Shown here piece after piece: positions 57,522 through 64,000 of a stretch of DNA of 64,000 nucleotides. Both the position numbers and the translations under genes were made by a program. The stretch comes from Pseudoruegeria sp. (lineage in GTDB: Bacteria; Pseudomonadota; Alphaproteobacteria; Rhodobacterales; Rhodobacteraceae), in NCBI GenBank assembly GCA_039972875.1, contig JBDWMA010000032.1, positions 54,727 to 118,726 of the forward strand. Reading direction: 5' to 3'. Below the pieces are notes generated by a model that saw only the letters and a list, made by a program, of their open reading frames with translations, searched no databases and was not told the origin of the DNA. Numbering within the stretch: position 1 is the first letter of the stretch; each line of letters begins with the position of its first letter.

Positions 57522-59525
57522 ATGGCGGAAACAAACACAAAAAACAGAGCAGCCATGAACACGCCTACGGATGATCTCCTCTCCGGTCCCAACAGTGACC
57601 ACACCTATGACGCCTCCTCTATTGAGGTGCTCGAAGGGCTGGAACCCGTACGTAAACGTCCCGGCATGTATATTGGCGGCACCGATGAACGCGCCCTGCA
57701 CCACTTGGTTGCTGAGGTGCTCGACAACTCTATGGATGAGGCCGTCGCAGGCTACGCCAACAGGATCGAAGTCGAACTGAACGCTGACTATTCCGTCACC
57801 ATCCGAGACAATGGCCGTGGGATTCCCACCGATCCTCACCCAAAGTTTCCGGGGAAATCCGCGCTCGAAGTCATTCTCTGTACCCTCCATGCCGGTGGTA
57901 AATTTTCTGGTAAGGCTTATCAGACCTCTGGCGGCCTGCACGGTGTCGGCGCATCAGTGGTCAACGCATTGTCTGATTCAATGGTTGTTCAAGTCGCCCG
58001 TAACAAAGAGCTAGTTGAACAGCGGTTTTCGCGCGGCATTCCACTTGGCCCCGTTGAGAAAGTCGGCGCAGCCCCCAACCGGCGCGGCACCACCGTGACC
58101 TTTCACGCCGATGAACAGATCTTTGGCAAACACCGTTTCAAACCGGCCCGTCTGTTTAAATCCATCCGATCCAAAGCCTATTTGTTTTCTGGCGTTGAGA
58201 TCCGGTGGAAAACCGCAATTGACGATGGTGAAACCCCAACAGAGGCCACGTTCCACTTTCCCGGCGGGCTATCGGATTACCTGTCGGAAACCCTTGGAAC
58301 AGCCTCAACCTATGCCGATGCCCCCTTTGCCGGAACTGTCGATTTCAACGAACGCTTTAACACGCCGGGCAAAGTTGAATGGGCCATCAACTGGACCCCA
58401 TCCCGCGACGGGTTCATCCAGTCCTACTGTAACACCGTCCCCACCCCCGAAGGCGGCACCCACGTCGCCGGGTTTTGGGCCGCTGTTCTTAAGGGCATCA
58501 AAGCCTACGGTGAATTGGTAAACAACAAAAAGGCCGCGACAATCACCCGAGATGACCTGATGACCGGCGGCTGCGCGCTGGTGTCCTGTTTTATCAGCGA
58601 ACCGGAATTTGTCGGCCAAACCAAAGACCGCCTCGCAACGGTTGAGGCACAACGCCTCGTCGAAGGCGCGGTGCGCGATCATTTTGACAATTGGCTGGCT
58701 GCAGATACCAAATCTGCCGGGGCGATCCTTGATTTCCTGATTTTACGCGCCGAGGAGCGCCTGCGCCGTCGTCAAGAAAAAGAGACGCAACGCAAATCCG
58801 CCACCAAGAGACTCCGCCTGCCCGGCAAACTTGTGGATTGTTCCGCCACCAATCGCGAAGGCACCGAATTGTTCATCGTGGAGGGCGACTCTGCGGGCGG
58901 TTCTGCCAAAATGGCGCGGGACCGGAAAACCCAGGCGCTGCTGCCTCTGCGCGGTAAAATCCTGAACGTACTGGGGGCGGCCTCTTCTAAACTTGGCTCA
59001 AACGCCGAGATTTCCGACCTAACCCAAGCATTGGGGGTTGGACTAGGCACCAAATTCAACGTCGACGATCTGCGCTATGACAAAATCATCATCATGACCG
59101 ATGCGGATGTTGACGGCGCCCATATCGCCGCGCTGCTGATGACGTTTTTCTTCACCCAGATGCGCCCGATGATCGACACAGGTCACCTCTACCTCGCTTG
59201 TCCACCGCTGTTCCGCCTCACCCAAGGGGCCAAACGCGTTTACTGCATTGATGAGGCTGAAAAAGACGCCCACCTCGAAAAAGGTCTGGGCGGTAAAGGC
59301 CGCATTGATGTGTCCCGCTTTAAGGGTCTTGGGGAAATGGATGCCAAAGACCTAAAAGACACCACCATGAACCCCAACACCCGCGTCTTAATCCGCGTTA
59401 CCATTGACGAAGACGAACCCGGCGAAACCGGCGATTTGGTGGAACGTCTCATGGGTAAAAAACCCGAGATGCGGTTCCAGTACATTCAGGAGAACGCACA
59501 GTTCGTTGAGGAGCTGGATGTTTGA
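57522..59525 (+). CDS. parE: DNA topoisomerase IV subunit B
   Basis: GHKL and Toprim motifs are EGLEPVRKRPGMYIG, EGDSAGG, PLRGKILNV and DADVDGAHI. The length and lack of the GyrB insert fit ParE. Confidence 0.9.
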   Translation: MAETNTKNRAAMNTPTDDLLSGPNSDHTYDASSIEVLEGLEPVRKRPGMYIGGTDERALHHLVAEVLDNSMDEAVAGYANRIEVELNADYSVTIRDNGRGIPTDPHPKFPGKSALEVILCTLHAGGKFSGKAYQTSGGLHGVGASVVNALSDSMVVQVARNKELVEQRFSRGIPLGPVEKVGAAPNRRGTTVTFHADEQIFGKHRFKPARLFKSIRSKAYLFSGVEIRWKTAIDDGETPTEATFHFPGGLSDYLSETLGTASTYADAPFAGTVDFNERFNTPGKVEWAINWTPSRDGFIQSYCNTVPTPEGGTHVAGFWAAVLKGIKAYGELVNNKKAATITRDDLMTGGCALVSCFISEPEFVGQTKDRLATVEAQRLVEGAVRDHFDNWLAADTKSAGAILDFLILRAEERLRRRQEKETQRKSATKRLRLPGKLVDCSATNREGTELFIVEGDSAGGSAKMARDRKTQALLPLRGKILNVLGAASSKLGSNAEISDLTQALGVGLGTKFNVDDLRYDKIIIMTDADVDGAHIAALLMTFFFTQMRPMIDTGHLYLACPPLFRLTQGAKRVYCIDEAEKDAHLEKGLGGKGRIDVSRFKGLGEMDAKDLKDTTMNPNTRVLIRVTIDEDEPGETGDLVERLMGKKPEMRFQYIQENAQFVEELDV

Positions 59526-59543
59526 ATTTTAAAGGAGATATTA

Positions 59544-60302
59544 TTGTACCTTGCCTATTTTGATGAAGCTAATCACGATGCCAAAAACAAATTTACAATC
59601 TGTGGTTTAACTATTTTCAAAACAGAAAAACTAAAACTTATTAGCGATGAAATCGCCAATCTGAGAGAAGAATACTCTTTTACTTATTCCCACTCGTTAA
59701 AGTCATCCACAAGTACAAGGCCGAGTCATTTAAGCACTCAACAGCATGCCGAGATGAAAAATCGCGTCCATGAAATCGCAACTAAAAATGGGGCCGTCTT
59801 TGTTGGGTATTGCAAATTCAATGAGGATCATTCTTCAAACAAAGCAAACCGGAATGTCAAATTTGGTCTAAATACCCTACTCAAGAAGTATAATTTGTAT
59901 TTGGAAGAGGCAAATAGTTACGGCACCGTCTTAATTGACCGGTTGGAATATCGTAAATCATACGAAGTTTTGAAGCAAAAGTTTCTGAGGGGGAATGAGT
60001 TTCCCAGGAAAGAAAAATGGGAGCCTCTCCCAAATATCGTTTCATATGGGATGACTTGCGACGGCGCATCTCACCTTGCATCGGTAAATGATATCATTAC
60101 TGGCAGTTTGAGATATGTAAGCAATGAAAAGGACGCGAAAGTAAAGGGCATACTAGTCACGCACCTTAAAGGTTTAATGTGGTCAAAGAATAAAGTTTTC
60201 AAGGAATATGGTCTGTCGCTAAGGCCATTTAATAGAACTAAACTCTCGCCGAACGTCGCAATCGAGTACGAAGAGTTAAGGAAGTTTCTGAATTCGAGTT
60301 AA
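59544..60302 (+). CDS. DUF3800-like protein on an AT-rich islet
   Basis: TTG start lies 7 nt after AAGGAG and only 18 bp after the parE stop. The N-terminus MYLAYFDEANHD resembles the Y-x-DE-x-G start I associate with DUF3800. The first 60 nt are about 33% G+C (hand count), against clearly richer flanks. Confidence 0.6.
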   Translation: MYLAYFDEANHDAKNKFTICGLTIFKTEKLKLISDEIANLREEYSFTYSHSLKSSTSTRPSHLSTQQHAEMKNRVHEIATKNGAVFVGYCKFNEDHSSNKANRNVKFGLNTLLKKYNLYLEEANSYGTVLIDRLEYRKSYEVLKQKFLRGNEFPRKEKWEPLPNIVSYGMTCDGASHLASVNDIITGSLRYVSNEKDAKVKGILVTHLKGLMWSKNKVFKEYGLSLRPFNRTKLSPNVAIEYEELRKFLNSS

Positions 60303-60312
60303 ACAGCCCAGT

Positions 60313-60440
60313 CTTTTGTTCTTCTTTGCCACTGCAAAAAACAGCGCTCTTAGCGCCCGACACTGGGGGGCGTGAAGCGCCCTCCCGGGGGAGGGTCGGG
60401 CGCGGGGCGGATCGTGAATAATCCAGCCCAAAGAACAAAG
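60313..60440. repeat. Long imperfect inverted repeat with GC-rich nested palindrome core (60353..60403)
   Basis: The core is GCGCCCGAC...GTCGGGCGC (9-bp arms). It encloses two competing hairpins, GGGCG-UGAAG-CGCCC and CCCUCC-CGGG-GGAGGG. Outer arms are CTTTTGTTCTTCTTTG / CAAAGAACAAAG. Confidence 0.7.
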
Positions 60441-60580
60441 CCGATTTTAATTGGCCATTCAACAACCAGAAACGCAGGGCATGTTGAAAATGGCCGAGAC
60501 ACCGCGATAGACAGCTTCAGCAACAACTAGGTGACAACCCTGCCCCACCTGCCTAGGCTTCGCAAAAAAAGGAGCGCATT

Positions 60581-61027
60581 ATGGACGCCGTCACCGCCAA
60601 ATACGCAGTCATCATGCTGGCCGCAGGGCTCGGCATCCCGATCCTCGCAGCACTGAACGCAGCCCTTGGGGTTCGGCTGGGCAGCCCTTTTGCCGCCGGG
60701 CTTTGCCTGTTTGCCGTTGGGTTGTCTGCCGCTGCAGTAATGGTGGTCATAACCGGCACAGCGCCTTTGGCCAAACTCCCCGGAACCCCGATCCACCTGT
60801 TTGGCGCCGGGCTGCTGATGGCCTTTTATGCGCTCAGCATCACATGGGTCGCGCCTCGGTTCGGGGTTGGAAACGCGGTCTTTTTTGTCCTACTCGGGCA
60901 ACTCATCTCAGCCGCTGTCATCGATCACTTTGGCCTGTTCGGCGCGAAAATCTCTCCGTTGTCTTTGACACGGGCCTCAGGAATCGCCTTTATGGCAGCC
61001 GGGGTCTTTCTCACGCAACGGTTGTGA
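60581..61027 (+). CDS. Small DMT-superfamily membrane protein (DUF606/YdcZ-like)
   Basis: 148 aa with 4-5 TM helices. SD AAGGAG lies upstream. Confidence 0.65.
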   Translation: MDAVTAKYAVIMLAAGLGIPILAALNAALGVRLGSPFAAGLCLFAVGLSAAAVMVVITGTAPLAKLPGTPIHLFGAGLLMAFYALSITWVAPRFGVGNAVFFVLLGQLISAAVIDHFGLFGAKISPLSLTRASGIAFMAAGVFLTQRL

Positions 61028-61106
61028 TGATGTAAACCACCCTCTACACGAATTATTGCGCGCAAACCCACGTGACAGTACCGATAGGGCGCGATAGCGT
61101 TTGCTC

Positions 61107-61775
61107 ATGTGGAGAGTCTTCGTTTTTGCGGTATTGATTTTAGCGGGTTGCGGGCGCCCCTTGACCCAATCAGAACAAGCGTTCATGGCGACCCTGACAG
61201 GTGAAACCCTCGACACCACCGAAATCAAACTCATTAAGAACGATTTTATCGGAGCCTTTCCCCGATCCCGTGCCGTGCGCCCCCGTACGACGTGCCGCGA
61301 AATGATCGTCCCTCCTATAACCACAGAACGAGTCGACATCCGAACCGCTGGAATGGTGGTGTTTAACAAAGTTCACCTCAATCCAGATTTCGCCATCTCA
61401 GATTTGATGGCAGGATATCCGGGGCAACTGAATCTACCGGCGGCGATGTTTTTAGCACATGAAATGTTCCACATCTGGCAATGGCAGCACCGCGACAGAA
61501 CAGGATATCACCCGTTCAAAGCAGCCGCTGAACATCTAATCGAAGATCCCTACCTCTTTGATGACACCGCAACCCCCCGTTTTTTGGATTACGGATACGA
61601 ACAGCAAGCCAGCCTTGTCGAAGAATTCGTCTGTTGTCGGGCGCTTGATCCCAAAGGGGCACGGACGGACCGCTTAAAGGCCCTAATTAGCCAAGCCATC
61701 CCGGTTCAGCCCATGTCACAGGCCACAGAGGTCCTTGTTCCATTGGATGGAATAGAACCCGGCCTTTGCCGCTGA
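61107..61775 (+). CDS. Lipoprotein with HExxH motif (putative zinc metallopeptidase)
   Basis: Lipobox is LILAGC. The HExxH motif appears as LAHEMFHIWQW. Confidence 0.55.
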   Translation: MWRVFVFAVLILAGCGRPLTQSEQAFMATLTGETLDTTEIKLIKNDFIGAFPRSRAVRPRTTCREMIVPPITTERVDIRTAGMVVFNKVHLNPDFAISDLMAGYPGQLNLPAAMFLAHEMFHIWQWQHRDRTGYHPFKAAAEHLIEDPYLFDDTATPRFLDYGYEQQASLVEEFVCCRALDPKGARTDRLKALISQAIPVQPMSQATEVLVPLDGIEPGLCR

Positions 61776-61857
61776 TCCACCCATTTGCAAAGCAGTTGTC
61801 ATTTGCGATTGCCCGGTACAGGTTGTCTGAAATATTCCATTTTCGGAGCGTCATACA

Positions 61858-62460
61858 ATGCCTGCCCTTTTAAAAACAAATGTCTCCGGCGTTATCACTT
61901 GGCTAGGGAGCGTACAAAACCGAGAGGCTACCTCCGCATCCGTTCAAGCCACTTCCTTGCGGGCGCGTTTTGATGGTGTGAATAACGAGGATCACGGCGG
62001 TCTGACACGCCCCTCCTGCGGACGGGTCACCTCACAATATCCAAGGGACACCGAAATCCGCAATACACGTCAACTTTCTATCCTCTCACATGAAGAGCTG
62101 GACGACATCGCACAAGCCATGGCGCTACCGGTTCTGGATCCCGCGCTCATTGGCGCAACGATGATCATTACCGGAATCCCGGATTTTTCCCATATCCCAC
62201 CATCCAGTCGTCTTCAGACCGACTCTGGAACCACGTTCACTGTCGATATGCTAAACCGCCCCTGTCATATTCCAGCCAAAGCCATCAACAAGGTGCATCC
62301 CGACGCAGGAAGGGCTTTTAAGAACGCAGCCCTCCACAAACGCGGTGTGACAGCTTGGGTCGAACGCGAGGGGCCCGTGTCTGTCGGCGATACTGTGACG
62401 CTCCATATTCCGGACCAAAGGGCATGGTCGATGACAGAAACGATCCTCACAGGAAAATAA
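61858..62460 (+). CDS. MOSC domain protein
   Basis: 200 aa. Blocks DHGGLTRPSCGR...R(Q)LSILSHEEL and TAWVEREGPVSVGD are typical of the MOSC beta-barrel. Confidence 0.7.
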   Translation: MPALLKTNVSGVITWLGSVQNREATSASVQATSLRARFDGVNNEDHGGLTRPSCGRVTSQYPRDTEIRNTRQLSILSHEELDDIAQAMALPVLDPALIGATMIITGIPDFSHIPPSSRLQTDSGTTFTVDMLNRPCHIPAKAINKVHPDAGRAFKNAALHKRGVTAWVEREGPVSVGDTVTLHIPDQRAWSMTETILTGK

Positions 62461-62612
62461 CCACTCGTGCGAAACCCGTGTTTCAAATCGGAAACAACAT
62501 TGGACGATTCCGACCCCGGACATGTCGGAAAAACGACGAGTAGGATGCGTGCTGGCCTCTATAGAGGAATAAACCCCACAGCAGATTTTGCCGGGGAGAT
62601 CAGGGAGGCACC

Positions 62613-64000
62613 ATGGCTTTTAAGACAGACATCGAAATCGCACGCGAGGCAAATAAGAAGCCTATTCAAGACATCGGCGCAAAACTGGGCATCCCCAGCG
62701 CTGAATTGGTTCCCTACGGCCATGACAAAGCCAAAGTCAGCGAAGCCTTTATCAAAAGCCTTGAAGGGCGCGAGAACGGTAAACTGATCCTTGTAACTGC
62801 AATCAATCCAACCCCTGCAGGCGAAGGCAAAACCACGACAACCGTGGGTTTGGGCGACGGGCTGAATAAAATCGGAAAAAACGCAGCGATTTGTATCCGT
62901 GAGGCATCCCTAGGTCCAAACTTTGGTATGAAGGGGGGGGCTGCGGGCGGCGGATATGCACAGGTCGTTCCAATGGAGGATATGAACCTCCATTTCACCG
63001 GTGACTTTCATGCGATCACATCAGCACACAACCTGCTGTCTGCCATGATCGACAACCACATCTATTGGGGTAATGAGCTGGAGATCGATGAACGCCGCGT
63101 CACATGGCGTCGCGTTATGGACATGAATGACCGCGCTCTGCGTGATACGGTCACCTCTTTAGGGGGGGTTGCGAACGGCTTCCCGCGTCAGACTGGTTTT
63201 GATATCACCGTGGCCTCTGAGGTTATGGCCATCCTATGTTTGTCGAACGATCTGTCCGACCTAAAGAGCCGTTTGGGCGATATGATTGTGGCCTATCGTC
63301 GGGATCGTTCCCCGATCTATTGTCGCGACATCAAAGCAGACGGCGCCATGACGGTTTTGCTCAAGGATGCAATGCAACCCAACCTCGTACAAACCTTGGA
63401 AAACAACCCTGCCTTTGTACATGGTGGCCCTTTTGCCAACATCGCACATGGCTGCAACTCTGTTGTTGCGACCAAAACCGCCCTGAAATTGGCTGACTAT
63501 GTTGTCACAGAGGCCGGGTTTGGTGCAGACCTTGGTGCTGAGAAATTCATGAACATCAAATGCCGCAAAGCAGGTCTTGCGCCAGATTGCGTCGTTCTGG
63601 TGGCCACGGTTCGTGCGATGAAGATGAATGGCGGGGTCGCAAAAGCCGATCTGGGTGCAGAAAACGTAGATGCCGTGAACGAAGGTTGCGCGAACCTTGG
63701 TCGTCACATCGGCAATCTCAAACAATTCGGTGTGCCGGTTGTTGTGGCAATCAATCACTTTGTCACAGACACGGACGCTGAAGTTGCCGCAGTCGAGGCC
63801 TATGTCAAAACCCAAGGGGCTGAGGCTATTCTATGTCAGCACTGGGCTAAGGGATCTGCAGGCACCGAAGAACTGGCAACCCGCGTCGCAGAAATCGCAG
63901 ATTCCGGTATTTCGCAGTTTGCACCTCTCTACCGAGACGAACTGAGTTTGCTAGAGAAAATTGAACGCGTCGCAACGTCTATCTATCGCGCTGACGAAGT
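62613..64000 (+). CDS. fhs: Formate--tetrahydrofolate ligase (3' end beyond window)
   Basis: ATG 62613 follows CAGGGAGG. My translation reads [27 protein letters not shown]...[17 protein letters not shown]...[12 protein letters not shown]. The frame is open to the window end, so it is not in the ORF track. Confidence 0.95.
   Translation, partial: MAFKTDIEIAREANKKPIQDIGAKLGIPSAELVPYGHDKAKVSEAFIKSLEGRENGKLILVTAINPTPAGEGKTTTTVGLGDGLNKIGKNAAICIREASLGPNFGMKGGAAGGGYAQVVPMEDMNLHFTGDFHAITSAHNLLSAMIDNHIYWGNELEIDERRVTWRRVMDMNDRALRDTVTSLGGVANGFPRQTGFDITVASEVMAILCLSNDLSDLKSRLGDMIVAYRRDRSPIYCRDIKADGAMTVLLKDAMQPNLVQTLENNPAFVHGGPFANIAHGCNSVVATKTALKLADYVVTEAGFGADLGAEKFMNIKCRKAGLAPDCVVLVATVRAMKMNGGVAKADLGAENVDAVNEGCANLGRHIGNLKQFGVPVVVAINHFVTDTDAEVAAVEAYVKTQGAEAILCQHWAKGSAGTEELATRVAEIADSGISQFAPLYRDELSLLEKIERVATSIYRADE

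Noticed and set aside
60313-60440. Integron attC site following a promoterless cassette
   Set aside because: I found no RYYYAAC / GTTRRRY core pair at the arm ends and no integrase or other cassettes nearby. It is kept only as a test to run.
62461-62612. Possible ZTP or THF riboswitch in the 150-nt fhs leader
   Set aside because: Only short generic hairpins are present (CCGAC/GUCGG, CCUC/GAGG). I could not find the ZTP core (GACUGGCG ... CCGCCUGGGC as I recall it). A covariance-model scan would settle it.

Overview
This 64-kb window looks like chromosomal DNA from a marine Rhodobacterales-type alphaproteobacterium. That assignment is an inference from gene content only: two-subunit GlyRS with a small membrane-anchored gene next to it, a TctCBA transporter, cycA-ctaD, many GntR and Lrp regulators, and folE2. 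I can support about 60 protein genes, one tRNA-Leu(GAG), and a few terminators and leader structures. Both window ends cut genes: lipB at the left and fhs at the right.

Most of the window is housekeeping:
- Respiration: cycA, ctaD.
- Amino-acid and nucleotide metabolism: carA, ilvC, metZ.
- Folate genes: folB, folP, folE2, fhs.
- Translation and replication: glyQ, glyS, parE.
- Other core functions: glmM, a PPDK-like enzyme, an ABC-F ATPase.

I saw no CRISPR array, no intact transposase or integrase, no rRNA, and no recognisable multi-gene defence system.

The parts that deserve a second look are small and scattered:
1. A very AT-rich single-gene islet encoding a DUF3800-like protein sits 18 bp downstream of parE. 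It is followed by a GC-rich nested palindrome and bracketed by a 7-bp direct repeat.
2. A membrane protein carries eleven 11-residue repeats, including a perfect 33-bp DNA duplication.
3. An orphan 762-aa tailspike-like parallel beta-helix protein has no signal peptide.
4. A K+ channel carries a Cys-rich N-terminal module.
5. A SPOR / peptidoglycan-binding / trypsin-like protein has all three catalytic triad positions substituted.
6. The metZ leader contains a SAM-II-like pseudoknot plus an intrinsic terminator.
7. A C9A9 homopolymer tract and a Gly-rich micro-ORF lie upstream of cycA.
8. About 1 kb of decayed coding remnants lies next to the tRNA.

All family assignments come from reading the translations by eye. 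No database search was run.
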